IMG/VR virus record: IMGVR_UViG_3300037047_000288
Coordinates: 1 to 39,428 of that record
Strand: one strand, 5' to 3'
DNA length: 39,428 nucleotides
Origin: a virus
Taxonomy: Duplodnaviria; Caudoviricetes
Notes under the pieces: generated by a model
What the model was told of the DNA's origin: nothing
Seen by the model: the letters and a program-made list of their open reading frames with translations, nothing else
Database searches by the model: none
Position numbers and translations under genes: made by a program
In this document: piece after piece, positions 1 through 9,278 of the stretch
How the letters are laid out: each line of letters begins with the position of its first letter
Numbering within the stretch: position 1 is the first letter of the stretch

Positions 1-633
1 TTACGCACCCGCCTCCAAATCGCCAAAAACAGCCCAGGTATCCGTGGCGACTTTGATAAGCCCGGCGACAGAGTTCTGCACCCTGGTGGTGTCTTCGCTC
101 TCCGCAAGGTTAAGGGTTACATCCACGTCCACAGGCACGATTGTTACCTGTCCTGCTCCCTTCTGGCGAACCAGGATTTGCGTACCGATGGGGAATGCCA
201 CCACAGAGTTTTTTGGGACAGTCAGCGTGAAGGGGTCGGCGTTGTTGCAGTCAACCAGTTTGCCATCGTCGGTAAGGGTAAGGGTGTAGGATGTACCAGT
301 CTGTTCGTTTATGGGGATGTGCGCGTCGGCAAGCTCCCCATGCGCCTCTGCCGTCAGCCTGTTCTCCACCCTGACCCCGGAATCATGGGTTGTAGCAGTC
401 GTTCCTTCTCTCCCCCGGAGGACATTAGAAAGCACATCCGTAACCTCACTCTTCGCGCCAACTTCCACGATCTCCACAGGGGCGTCACTCTTGGCTGTTC
501 CATCAAGAATGGTCAAACGAAAGGGAACATCAGGCAAAGCAGAGGCGTCCGCGACTTCAAAGGAGTCCTGGACAGCGGTTATTGATTCAGCAAGAAAGGT
601 AAAGCTATTATTCTTAAAGTTAAGACGCGGCAC
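1..633 (-). CDS. Phage tail-associated structural protein
   Basis: Complete 210-aa beta-rich ORF downstream of the tape measure gene. The N-terminal RGREGTTA..H motif and C-terminal YTLTLTDDGK..FPIGTQI region resemble tail/baseplate accessory domains. Confidence 0.6.
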   Translation of the reverse strand: MPRLNFKNNSFTFLAESITAVQDSFEVADASALPDVPFRLTILDGTAKSDAPVEIVEVGAKSEVTDVLSNVLRGREGTTATTHDSGVRVENRLTAEAHGELADAHIPINEQTGTSYTLTLTDDGKLVDCNNADPFTLTVPKNSVVAFPIGTQILVRQKGAGQVTIVPVDVDVTLNLAESEDTTRVQNSVAGLIKVATDTWAVFGDLEAGA

Positions 634-636
634 GGC

Positions 637-1143
637 TTACACCCCTAACATCACGTGGTTGATAAACACGGTCAGCGTATCATCTTCCGTTTTTTCAAAT
701 ATGCTGGCGAATGCAAAGTGGGTCAATACAGGAGAGCCTGCTTCCGGAGTTGCTATCGTGATAACCCCTTCTGTGATGCTCGCAGCATTGAAGTCGGCTT
801 TGGCGTAGTAATACTTATGGGTAACTACGTTTACATCCACGTCTGTGTTGTCCGGGTCGTCGTCATCAGTCTTTGGATACCCGGCAGAAGGAGCTTTGTT
901 TGTGTCGGCAATGGGCGTAATGTCATCGTAATCGCTGCTTTTACTTGGAGTAGGAACGGCTGAGGAGCCCAATACGAGGTTAGCAAAAGCGTTATCCGGT
1001 GTTTCTCCCGCCATCCGCTGGGCATAAAAGATATCTCCTGCGTTGGTGATAATGTTATGTGTCTTATATACCCTTTTTCCCAAAGGGCCATCTAACACGC
1101 AGACGATTTTTCCTCCTACCTGAGACACGTCTCTTTGGTTCAT
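637..1143 (-). CDS. Phage tail structural protein (hypothetical)
   Basis: 168-aa ORF with AGGAG RBS. HNIITNAG...ITEGV...FEKTEDDTLTV pattern is typical of tail-associated proteins; lies in the tail module. Confidence 0.6.
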   Translation of the reverse strand: MNQRDVSQVGGKIVCVLDGPLGKRVYKTHNIITNAGDIFYAQRMAGETPDNAFANLVLGSSAVPTPSKSSDYDDITPIADTNKAPSAGYPKTDDDDPDNTDVDVNVVTHKYYYAKADFNAASITEGVITIATPEAGSPVLTHFAFASIFEKTEDDTLTVFINHVMLGV

Positions 1144-1221
1144 CCTTACTCTCCTTTCCTAACAAAGCTATAACGGACTCTTTCCCTGTAGCCGTGGTTT
1201 TAACCATTGCCACGCCTCATT

Positions 1222-1566
1222 TCATTGTTGTATAAACGAAATTTGCACTTCGTCCCAATACCTTACCCCGCCAATCGTATGCCACAGGCTGGTTGTAATA
1301 TCACCCGAATAACAAATCATGCTCTGTTGGCCACCCACATCAGGATACTCCAGAGTAAAAAACGGCTTATGCGCCGTGATCGTATCAATGATTGTTTTTA
1401 AATCGCTGTCCTTGATCATCTTCCAGGTCACATCTAGCCGCTTCTTGGGAGCAATAATGTCCATGGCCATCTTGCCGGAAGCGGATCGGTTTGATTTCGT
1501 TATGTCGAACCGCCCGATTTTAAGGTCTGATGGTGCCTTTACTGTAACTCCTGCTATTATTAGCAT
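1222..1566 (-). CDS. Distal-tail-like protein (DUF6711-like)
   Basis: 114 aa directly after the tape measure gene; RSASGKMAMDII..KKRLDVTW pattern; GGAGG RBS. Confidence 0.65.
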   Translation of the reverse strand: MLIIAGVTVKAPSDLKIGRFDITKSNRSASGKMAMDIIAPKKRLDVTWKMIKDSDLKTIIDTITAHKPFFTLEYPDVGGQQSMICYSGDITTSLWHTIGGVRYWDEVQISFIQQ

Positions 1567-1582
1567 TGTCCTTTACGCCTCC

Positions 1583-4456
1583 TTATGTACCCTGAGGCCT
1601 GACGACAAAATTCAACCCCTGGCGCTTGCCTTCTTTAATAATGGCGGGCAATTGCAGTCGCGCTAAAACCGTGCTGTCAATTTTTAGTACTAAATCCCTG
1701 TCATCTGCCTGCTGAGAAGCTTGAGATATTCTTATGGCGTCCATGACGGCGCGGTAAACCGCCTGCGCGACAGTGTCGGCAATACTAGCGCTATCAACGA
1801 TCGACGTCGTGGCTGCACTGTGTGTCAATGTAACAGGCTGCTGAACCATCGGTTGTACAAAGCTTGTGAGTTGCTTAGTTATGTCACTAACGGCACTGCG
1901 GATTTCCGGCACACCGCCCGATATCCCTTCCGCGAACATTTTTATCAGGTTCGGCGCCCACTTGTCAGCATAGCGGCCGGGACCCTTTTCTGTGGGAGAA
2001 GAAAAACCAAGAAAACCTTTCACGATGTCCACACCTTCGGAAACCGCTGATTTCAGACTGGAAAACTTTGACTTGATACCGTCGATTATGTTTTGAATCA
2101 GGTTCTTACCCCAAGACATAGCCTCTTTGACGATGCCCAATACAGTCTCTTTAGCCGCCTCCCAGGGTTCTACAATCCTGTTATAAAGCATGTCTTTCAT
2201 ATCTGTGAATTTCTTCAATATCGCATTCCAGACTGCGCCGATGGTAGTCTTAATTTTGTTGCTGATAGTCTCTACGGCTTTTCTGGCTGCCTCAACGGGA
2301 TCTTCGACAGCGCGGCCAATTGATTTCCAGATGCTTGCCGCTTTAAGCAGCCCGTCCCATACTGCCTTCAGGAAAGGAGCTAAAAAGTTCCAAACAACCA
2401 GGGCAGCTTTTTTTATGCCTTCCCAGAGAGTTGAAAAGAAAGGATCCAATACAGACCAAATTGCTGTCGCAGCGGTTACAATAGTGTTCCAAACAGCGGT
2501 GAAGAAAGCTGCCAACCCGTTCCAGATAGCCATAGTAACAGTTTTAATGCCTTCCCAGAGTAAAGAGAAAAACGGCCCTAATACAGACCATATCGTCTTC
2601 GCAATCTCAACGATGCTGAACCAGATAAAAGCCAGAGAAAAGACTATGAGTTTCCATATTGTTTCCGCTACAGACTTTATGCCATCCCAAAGGGTTGAAA
2701 AAAATGGACCAAGGACACCCCATATTGTCGTTGCAGTGGTTACGATGCTTTGCCAAAGCGGGGAAAGGATGCCGGCTATCGGCTCCCAGATCGGTCTTGT
2801 AAGGCTAACAAACCCTTCCCAAATATTTTTTAATGTTCCAGTAATCCAGTTCCAAGCTGTAACGGCACTGTTTTTTATCCCGTCCCACAGCCAGCCGAAA
2901 AATCCTTTTACCCGCTCGCCGAATGAAGGTAGCTCTGTTTCAAAGCCTGCCAGCATCTCTGCCATGTCAGGGATTTCCGGCAGAGTAAAGTCGTCCAGGG
3001 TCGGCGTATCTAAAGACATATCTTCTTGCAACTGGTGGACTTCGTCGAAGGACTGGATGTTGTCCCTGGCAGCTTTACCGGCTTTCTTTAACGCGTCAGC
3101 CTGGTCTTTCGCTGCGTCCGCTGCACCTTCTGTACTGGTGAATACTGCATCCATTTGTTTTGCTATGTCGGCTACAGCTACTGGTTTTTCAAGGGTTTTG
3201 GTATAGCGGTTCCACAGAGCTATACCGCCGCCAACTATTGCTGTTAGGGCTAATACCACCCAGCCAAGTCCGGGTATGGCTGCTAAGACAGAATATATCG
3301 CAACCTTTAACTTAGCCAATACGCCTGTCATAGCAATACCTTGCATGGCCGCTAATGCCATTTGTACCTGATATATACCCACAACCTTGCTAAGAAAAGC
3401 AAAAATATCCCCAATCGCAACTAATTCTCCTTTAAGGGACAGCGTGATAAGTCGTAACATTTCTGTCATTATGGCAGCTGTTTTTAATGAAATGCTGTAA
3501 GTAATTAACATCGCTACAACAGTTTTAATCCATGACCAGTTTTGTGCCATAGCCGCTGTAAACCTCGTAACCCATGTTAATACTGTCTTTACGGTATTAG
3601 CTACAGCTTTACCCCACGATTGCAGAGTAACCTTGTTTACTTCCGCCCAGCTAATAGCTTTTTTAAGTGAATTCGTGATACCGTCCACAATGACACTCAA
3701 TGCAGGCAAGGCCAGCGGCTTCGCGATAGCGTTCTTGAGCGTGTCCCAGTAGCGCGGCAGAGAACTGATCTGCTTCCCGACCACGCCCATAGAAGCCTCG
3801 TAAGTGCCCGCGATCTTCTCACCTTCGGCTAGGATATAATTCAGCATGGCCTGTTTCTTCTCGGCTTCGGTTAGCTGCTTTGTCGTCTTGCCAACCGTTT
3901 TGGCATAATCTTTATAAATTTCGTTCATGTTGCGGGTCATCCCGAAAGCAGAGAGCAGCTCCGGCCGCTGCTTCGCAATAGCTTCCGTCATCTGCTCGGC
4001 AGCCTGGGAGGAGTTGTAGCCGGCGATAACCGCAGCGTCCTGGGCTACCCGGGCCAGCCTGGCCGCATCCGCAGTATCGAGCTGCGCTTGCATAAAACGG
4101 GTTAATATTTGCGTAGCTTCCTGCTCGGCAATACCGAGTTCCATGACGGATTTTCTCTGCTCACGTAGCGCAGTTATAGCGTAGCCGGAGGACTTGGCCA
4201 CAGATTGCATGGCGATGTCCAGAACTTCCGTCCGGGCAGCAGTGTTGACAAAATCAGTGATAGCGCCGCCCAGGGAGCGGAAACCTTGGAGCAGGCCGAT
4301 GCCCAGGGCGAATGAGAAAGCCCCTTTGAAGATGCTACCCAGGGTCATAGCTTTCTTCTGGGTTACACCTTCCATCCGGCCCAGGTCTTTTTCGTATTGT
4401 TTGCTGTCCAGTGCCATGCGGACAAAAAGTTCGCCAGCTAACACTTTATTCACCAC
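1583..4456 (-). CDS. Tail tape measure protein
   Basis: 957 aa, Ala/Ile/Trp-rich and helical, with Trp/Phe repeats about every 11 residues; follows the tail assembly chaperones. Confidence 0.92.
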   Translation of the reverse strand: MVNKVLAGELFVRMALDSKQYEKDLGRMEGVTQKKAMTLGSIFKGAFSFALGIGLLQGFRSLGGAITDFVNTAARTEVLDIAMQSVAKSSGYAITALREQRKSVMELGIAEQEATQILTRFMQAQLDTADAARLARVAQDAAVIAGYNSSQAAEQMTEAIAKQRPELLSAFGMTRNMNEIYKDYAKTVGKTTKQLTEAEKKQAMLNYILAEGEKIAGTYEASMGVVGKQISSLPRYWDTLKNAIAKPLALPALSVIVDGITNSLKKAISWAEVNKVTLQSWGKAVANTVKTVLTWVTRFTAAMAQNWSWIKTVVAMLITYSISLKTAAIMTEMLRLITLSLKGELVAIGDIFAFLSKVVGIYQVQMALAAMQGIAMTGVLAKLKVAIYSVLAAIPGLGWVVLALTAIVGGGIALWNRYTKTLEKPVAVADIAKQMDAVFTSTEGAADAAKDQADALKKAGKAARDNIQSFDEVHQLQEDMSLDTPTLDDFTLPEIPDMAEMLAGFETELPSFGERVKGFFGWLWDGIKNSAVTAWNWITGTLKNIWEGFVSLTRPIWEPIAGILSPLWQSIVTTATTIWGVLGPFFSTLWDGIKSVAETIWKLIVFSLAFIWFSIVEIAKTIWSVLGPFFSLLWEGIKTVTMAIWNGLAAFFTAVWNTIVTAATAIWSVLDPFFSTLWEGIKKAALVVWNFLAPFLKAVWDGLLKAASIWKSIGRAVEDPVEAARKAVETISNKIKTTIGAVWNAILKKFTDMKDMLYNRIVEPWEAAKETVLGIVKEAMSWGKNLIQNIIDGIKSKFSSLKSAVSEGVDIVKGFLGFSSPTEKGPGRYADKWAPNLIKMFAEGISGGVPEIRSAVSDITKQLTSFVQPMVQQPVTLTHSAATTSIVDSASIADTVAQAVYRAVMDAIRISQASQQADDRDLVLKIDSTVLARLQLPAIIKEGKRQGLNFVVRPQGT

Positions 4457-4460
4457 CCTG

Positions 4461-4489
4461 TTTATCAGCTTGCCGCCATATGATACAAT
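4461..4489 (+). promoter_or_regulatory. Putative extended -10 promoter for the antisense moron
   Basis: TGaTACAAT at 4481-4489 with TTTATC 17 bp upstream of the -10 hexamer; precedes the AGGAGG RBS at about 4508. Confidence 0.45.
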
Positions 4490-4520
4490 TAATTAAATAT
4501 TGCCAAAAGGAGGTGCCACC

Positions 4521-4934
4521 TTGGAATTAATTAAACGCGTTCCAAAGCGCCAAATATTGATAGCAAAATGTGAGAAATGTGGCAAAGAACACGATATACT
4601 GTATAAAAATACAATCAAACCACATATGCCGTTTATCGAACTTAGAAGTGTTATTCATTGCGAATGCGGCGAATATCATAACCTAGTCGTAGAACAAAAG
4701 GCTAATCAAACAAAAGCATACACACCGGCACAACAAAATGACGAGCCTCTCGAATGCCCCCGCTGCCACTCAACTCAACTTCATGCCGGAAGTAAAGGCT
4801 TTAGTCTTGGCAAAGCGGCTGCTGGTGGTATTCTTGTTGGCGGAGTGGGCTTGCTTGGTGGATTAATCGGCAGCAAAAAAATAATGATTACCTGCCTCAA
4901 GTGCGGTTATAAGTGGCAAGCTGGCAAAAGATAA
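4521..4934 (+). CDS. Moron: Zn-ribbon / glycine-rich membrane protein
   Basis: TTG start after AAAAGGAGG. CxxC, CxC, CPRC and CLKC motifs flank the hydrophobic segment GFSLGKAAAGGILVGGVGLLGGLIG; AT-richer and antisense to the tail operon. Confidence 0.8.
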   Translation: MELIKRVPKRQILIAKCEKCGKEHDILYKNTIKPHMPFIELRSVIHCECGEYHNLVVEQKANQTKAYTPAQQNDEPLECPRCHSTQLHAGSKGFSLGKAAAGGILVGGVGLLGGLIGSKKIMITCLKCGYKWQAGKR

Positions 4935-5285
4935 TTACCACGGCCCCGCCAGCCCCTTAGCCTTTGCCTCTTCAACATGCCTGTTCCAGTCCGCCTGCTT
5001 CGGCTCATCCTGCTTCAGCAACCGCTGGAGTATTTTCTTTGCATCCTTCGACATGAAATCATCCGGCCCCACTGCCTTTTGCCTGCGCTTACTGAACATG
5101 CCGATAATTCTACCAAAATTGTTGGTCATCACCGCTGCTAGGAAAGCCCAGTGGTTTTTTTGTTCGTTATACTTCTCAATAACTACCTGGTGCTGCAGCT
5201 CGGTTATTATAACGGCCAACTCCCGCGGCGTCAGCCGGCGCATCTCGTCCGGCGTCCAACCGAATTCCCGGGCAAGCAACACCAC
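4935..5285 (-). CDS. Tail assembly chaperone, downstream (gpT-like) frame
   Basis: LAREFGWTPDEMRRLTPRE motif; lies in the -1 frame relative to the upstream chaperone and is open back to a slippery heptamer. Confidence 0.8.
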   Translation of the reverse strand: MVLLAREFGWTPDEMRRLTPRELAVIITELQHQVVIEKYNEQKNHWAFLAAVMTNNFGRIIGMFSKRRQKAVGPDDFMSKDAKKILQRLLKQDEPKQADWNRHVEEAKAKGLAGPW

Positions 5286-5623
5286 TACTTCTGCGGTAAG
5301 CCAGCCTGAATCAAGCCCATCAGCGGCTTCACCAGCCGCTTTATTCCCTGAAAATTTACCTCGACAAACGCCTCCGCTAACTCTTCAAGTTCGCTCATGT
5401 AAGCATTCTTGATGTTGTCTTCGGTTATTTCAGGGAAAATAACGGGTAATTTTTTGTACAGCAAGTCAAAATTCGCGCCTAAGAGCAGCTTGTTGATATC
5501 AACCTTTGAAATGTTTCCCTTGCTCTCGGGAAAAAGGTCAGCCACAAGTTTTTCCAGTTCCCCGATTTTCCTCTCTTCCACCCGAAATTCTTTGCCGGCG
5601 AAAGATACCGGTTTATTTCGCAT
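5285..5623 (-). CDS. Tail assembly chaperone (gpG-like)
   Basis: 112 aa between the tail tube and tape measure genes; GGAGG RBS. Confidence 0.8.
   Translation of the reverse strand: MRNKPVSFAGKEFRVEERKIGELEKLVADLFPESKGNISKVDINKLLLGANFDLLYKKLPVIFPEITEDNIKNAYMSELEELAEAFVEVNFQGIKRLVKPLMGLIQAGLPQK
5351..5357 (-). other. -1 ribosomal frameshift slippery site A AAT TTT
   Basis: GTA AAT TTT CAG gives an in-register X XXY YYZ heptamer; the -1 frame is open from here into 4935..5285. Confidence 0.7.
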
Positions 5624-5635
5624 ACAATATGCCTC

Positions 5636-6250
5636 CTATAATCTCAGATACAGCGGTCCGGTCCCGATAAAATCCACCGTCTCCGGCACAAGGCCGTCCA
5701 CCGGCTGCTCGATGCCGTCCCCGTTTATTACAGCAAAGCCTTCCAGGCAGTCCTGAGCCGGCCCGGAGTCAATAAATAGTTTCATTACAACAGTCTTGCC
5801 CAGTGAATCAAAAAACTGCCGGTCGCCCCAGTAAGCCTCCGCGCTGCCGTTCCACCCGTTCAACGTCCGGACAAACTCTTTCCAACCCTGGCTTTGAAAC
5901 GTGGTCGCCTCGGTATCATCCCCATCTCCATCCACCGACCAGTTAAAAAAGCCCCCAGCCTGGATAAGAGTTAAAGCTTTCCCGGAAACGGTGACTTCGT
6001 CCAGCGGATCAAGCGCCTCGTCAAAAACAACAAAACCGCCGACCCGCTCCACTGTAAAGCCTGTGGTAACGATATCACTATTAACCTTGACAGTAATCGA
6101 TTCATCAAGCGGCCAGTAACGGTAGGCAGGATCTATTACCTGGTAACGCTTCCGCTCTGCATCGCCCATGCACGGTTCATCGGCAAAAGAAACCGGGGCG
6201 GTGTGCACGTCAGAAACGTAGACCGCCCCGACCATTCCAGCTATTGCCAT
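5636..6250 (-). CDS. Tail tube protein paralog with inserted domain
   Basis: MAIAGM start and NWSVD..DD.E.T.F.S.GWKE motif shared with 6265..6648, plus an insert of about 80 aa. Confidence 0.75.
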   Translation of the reverse strand: MAIAGMVGAVYVSDVHTAPVSFADEPCMGDAERKRYQVIDPAYRYWPLDESITVKVNSDIVTTGFTVERVGGFVVFDEALDPLDEVTVSGKALTLIQAGGFFNWSVDGDGDDTEATTFQSQGWKEFVRTLNGWNGSAEAYWGDRQFFDSLGKTVVMKLFIDSGPAQDCLEGFAVINGDGIEQPVDGLVPETVDFIGTGPLYLRL

Positions 6251-6264
6251 TTTGTATCAGCTCC

Positions 6265-6648
6265 TTATGCCGGCAGCGTCAGCTCGCCGGTACCCTGGAT
6301 GTCGCAGCTGAATGCCGCCTTGTCTTCCACCGGCACTTCGATGCTGGGCTTAACGAAAGCCGAGCCGCTGAATGTTATCGTATCGTTAACCTTGAAATCG
6401 AATTCCAGCGCCGTCCCCGCCAGCCATGCCGCAAGAATCGCTTTTTGGCCGTTGGTATCATCAGACTTAAAGTTACCTTCAACAGAGCCGCTCCATTCTT
6501 TCAGGCCGGCCAGGTACTCCTTCCAGCCCTCGCTGTCAAAGCTGGTGATTTCAATGTCGTCAGCGCCCAGGTCTAGGCTCCAGTTCGCTATTTCGGCTAT
6601 TTTGTTTGCTCCAAGATAAACGCCCCCGCCCATACCCGCAATTGCCAT
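6265..6648 (-). CDS. Major tail tube protein
   Basis: NWSLDLGADDIEITSFDSEGWKEYLAGLKEWSGSVEG...FSCDIQGTGEL is a typical tail tube signature. Confidence 0.88.
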   Translation of the reverse strand: MAIAGMGGGVYLGANKIAEIANWSLDLGADDIEITSFDSEGWKEYLAGLKEWSGSVEGNFKSDDTNGQKAILAAWLAGTALEFDFKVNDTITFSGSAFVKPSIEVPVEDKAAFSCDIQGTGELTLPA

Positions 6649-6650
6649 AG

Positions 6651-7028
6651 CTAATCACTCTCCTTAATGATTTCAAAATTGACGAACAACTCAATACGAT
6701 TGTTCGCGTCGCGTTTCAGCACCTCTGGGGTGCCCCTGGCTTTGATAAGTAGATACCGGGTACCACTTAAAGTTGTCTCATGCAACCCGTGCAGTTCCCG
6801 TATCACCTGGCCAATTTTAGCCCGGCCGGAGCCATAACTTTTATTCCTCACACGTACCTGCAGGCCCGGGTATTCGCCGTTCCAGTGCAGGTCCGGAGGA
6901 CTGCCCGTGTACTCAAACAAGGCCACGCAGTTATCCGGCTGGTCCGGCATAAGGCCCAGGAAAATGTCGGCGCCCAGGGTTCCCGCTCCCTGGGCTTGTA
7001 AGTAGCCGCCTATTTCATTCAGCATCAC
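6651..7028 (-). CDS. Tail terminator / 'minor capsid' family protein
   Basis: 125 aa; IFLGLMPDQPDNCVAL..YPGLQVRVR pattern; position just before the tail tube gene. Confidence 0.75.
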   Translation of the reverse strand: MMLNEIGGYLQAQGAGTLGADIFLGLMPDQPDNCVALFEYTGSPPDLHWNGEYPGLQVRVRNKSYGSGRAKIGQVIRELHGLHETTLSGTRYLLIKARGTPEVLKRDANNRIELFVNFEIIKESD

Positions 7029-7043
7029 ACCGGCATCACTCCA

Positions 7044-7475
7044 TTACTCAGCGTCACGTAGGGCTTTTTTTATGCCCAGTTCGGCCAGTTTCTGCACCTT
7101 TTTTTTGTTGCGGTTAAAGGGGTCTTCTAAATATTTTGCCTTGCCGCCCAGCGGATGCTCATAGTCAAGCTCTTCGTGCTGACGTCGTGCATATACGGTG
7201 TTAAAACTAACATAGACAGCCTTTTCCTTCCCCAGCTCTTTGTTAAAGGCATCCTTATGTTCTTTTCCGGCTTCTGCTGCCTCGAATATCTGCATCGAAT
7301 CCGGCAGCGCTCCCATTGTCACCGCACCGCTGCGGCGAAGGGTACCGGATAAAATAGGTGTTTCATCAATGGCTTCAGTCAGAATCATTTCCCCGCCAGT
7401 CATTAAAGCTTCCATCCCGGCTTTTTGTGCTATTTCAATCGCTTCCCTGCTCCGCCACTTGCCCTTACGCGCCAT
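7044..7475 (-). CDS. Neck/tail completion protein (HK97 gp10-like)
   Basis: TPILSGTLRRS and YARRQHE..GKAKYLEDP motifs; probable ATG at 7475 in a TGATG overlap. Confidence 0.8.
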   Translation of the reverse strand: MARKGKWRSREAIEIAQKAGMEALMTGGEMILTEAIDETPILSGTLRRSGAVTMGALPDSMQIFEAAEAGKEHKDAFNKELGKEKAVYVSFNTVYARRQHEELDYEHPLGGKAKYLEDPFNRNKKKVQKLAELGIKKALRDAE

Positions 7476-7771
7476 CACACGGCCACCTCCTGGTGGTTTA
7501 TGGTACCGTCTAGGGCAGGTATGGGAGAGACTACGATCACCGGCCACGCCCGGCCGTTATATTCCAGCAGGTCTCCTTCTTGAACCAGAGCGGTGCACAG
7601 CACCCGGGCCTCGGAAACCACTTCCTGGCCATCTTTGTTTCTCACCAGTCGTCGTTTCCCTTCCCATCGGACTGGAATAGTGACCGGGTCAGCAAAAATC
7701 GGCTCAGCATATTCGTTCTTTTCCGTTACTTGGTGCCAGATAGCGGTTTGGTTAAGATATGAGCTTATCAT
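7475..7771 (-). CDS. Head closure / head-tail joining protein
   Basis: 98 aa; RWEGKRRLVRNKDGQEVVSEA pattern; synteny. Confidence 0.75.
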   Translation of the reverse strand: MISSYLNQTAIWHQVTEKNEYAEPIFADPVTIPVRWEGKRRLVRNKDGQEVVSEARVLCTALVQEGDLLEYNGRAWPVIVVSPIPALDGTINHQEVAV

Positions 7772-8133
7772 CGCAACTGCCCCACCTTCACCCCACTGCC
7801 CCGTAAATACGCCCAGGCCTGGGGAGCAATGGCTGGGTCCCGCCCTTTTGTATTAAATTGTTCCGACATATTTCCTACACTGAAACCTTGCACGCCGGCT
7901 TGCTGCAGCTCCCCGCGTTTATCCCCTAGGAGTAGCCACAGCGCCTGCTCACATACAGCATAAAGAAGCCGGGTACTATTTACCTGGTTGCGATAAGGTT
8001 CAAGTTGTCTTTGTGCTTGCGCCAGGGCCTTAGTCTTTGTGGAGTCGTCCGCGGTATCCCAGGATTCGGTATGAAGGCACCCGTTAAAATATTCGCTTGC
8101 CTGCTGGACGGTCGCATTAGTTGCGGCGGCCAT
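7768..8133 (-). CDS. Head-tail adaptor protein
   Basis: 121 aa after the major capsid gene; AVCEQALWLL..GVQGFSVGNMSEQF pattern. Confidence 0.75.
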   Translation of the reverse strand: MAAATNATVQQASEYFNGCLHTESWDTADDSTKTKALAQAQRQLEPYRNQVNSTRLLYAVCEQALWLLLGDKRGELQQAGVQGFSVGNMSEQFNTKGRDPAIAPQAWAYLRGSGVKVGQLR

Positions 8134-8148
8134 ATTATCACCTACTTT

Positions 8149-8190
8149 AGAATCTAACGGCCCGGCATGGATACCAGGCCGTTAGATTCT
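8149..8190. terminator. Strong hairpin downstream of the major capsid gene
   Basis: AGAATCTAACGGCC ... GGCCGTTAGATTCT forms a 14-bp perfect stem; no U tract on the minus strand. Confidence 0.55.
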
Positions 8191-8216
8191 CTCTTTGTCT
8201 CACTTTGTTCTGCTAC

Positions 8217-9239
8217 TTAGAATATCACCTGTGCCTGGTATACCAGGTCCGCTGCGGGGAAGGTAGGAATTGAAGTCGCAGCTGCTTTAGTCCAAATCAT
8301 CGGCGGCTCATTTTCATGGGTCACGTTGGCATAAATGCCGGCAACGTTTTTAGCCTCGACCTCATCGTCCAGCAGGGCTTCTGCTGTTGGCCCCATGAGA
8401 GTATCGCCCAGCTTACCTTCCGGCATCAGGACAAACCTGTCTGCCGGGAAGTAACGGAACGTATTATATGTCCCGTCCTCGTTCTGGCTGCGGACCCGCT
8501 TATTATAGGTCGCAATCTGGGGAAGGTCCATAGTAGCCAGAAGCCGGTTGATCTCTTGCCAGGTTACAGGGCGGTTGTCTCCTACCGGGCCCCAAATCAT
8601 GTCACGGATAGTCTGATCGGTAAGCATGAGATTGGCAACGGTGTCGCTGGTCAGTGCCCTGGCGGGCCTGACGCCCGTATTTGCTTCCACCAACTGGGCC
8701 CATGCCTGAATATCCGCGATAATAGTACGGTTCGCGGCATCGTCCCAGGAAGCTGCCGGGGGCTGCTGTTGGGCTGCCGGCACACCAAAGTTGACGTTAA
8801 GCTGTACACCGTTTTCCTGCAGCACTAATTGCCCGGCAGCCAGGATCTGCATCCGCAGCCGCTCAATTCGTGCGTAGACGGCGGCCACCATGTTGTCGAT
8901 ATCGTTGTACAGCTCGTTTCTCACCATGTCCACGTCACCGGCGCCCTCGCGCTTCAGAGCCAGCATGTTGCGCTCATCCAGGTAGATCTTCCGCTTGATG
9001 GGCGGGATTTCCCCGGATACTTTCTGGGCACCTTCACGGCTGGCAATCTGCGCCTCGGCGCCATAGGCCTGCAGGCTGGCAGAGACGGGTAGAAGATTCA
9101 GATTCTGCCAGTATTCGAAGGTTAGTTCGTTAACAGGCACAACCGGGAACAGAGTCGGGCCGATGTGCCCTTCCTCGGGGATGTTACGTGCGTACGACAG
9201 CACTTTCTTGCGGGTAAACTCTTTTAAAAGAGGATGCAT
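8217..9239 (-). CDS. Major capsid protein (lambda gpE-like)
   Basis: 340 aa; GEIPPIKRK, ERLRMQILAAGQL, VNFGVP and GDTLMGPTAE motifs; follows scaffold and decoration genes. Confidence 0.9.
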   Translation of the reverse strand: MHPLLKEFTRKKVLSYARNIPEEGHIGPTLFPVVPVNELTFEYWQNLNLLPVSASLQAYGAEAQIASREGAQKVSGEIPPIKRKIYLDERNMLALKREGAGDVDMVRNELYNDIDNMVAAVYARIERLRMQILAAGQLVLQENGVQLNVNFGVPAAQQQPPAASWDDAANRTIIADIQAWAQLVEANTGVRPARALTSDTVANLMLTDQTIRDMIWGPVGDNRPVTWQEINRLLATMDLPQIATYNKRVRSQNEDGTYNTFRYFPADRFVLMPEGKLGDTLMGPTAEALLDDEVEAKNVAGIYANVTHENEPPMIWTKAAATSIPTFPAADLVYQAQVIF

Positions 9240-9278
9240 CTATATCACGCTCCTAAATCATATTTGCAACACATCAGA

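Noticed and set aside
2380-2900. Periodic repeats considered as a CRISPR array or DGR repeat
   Set aside because: Degenerate coding repeats of the tape measure protein; no spacers and no reverse transcriptase in the window.
2190-3206. 338-aa + strand ORF
   Set aside because: Antisense shadow of the repetitive tape measure gene; no motifs or RBS.
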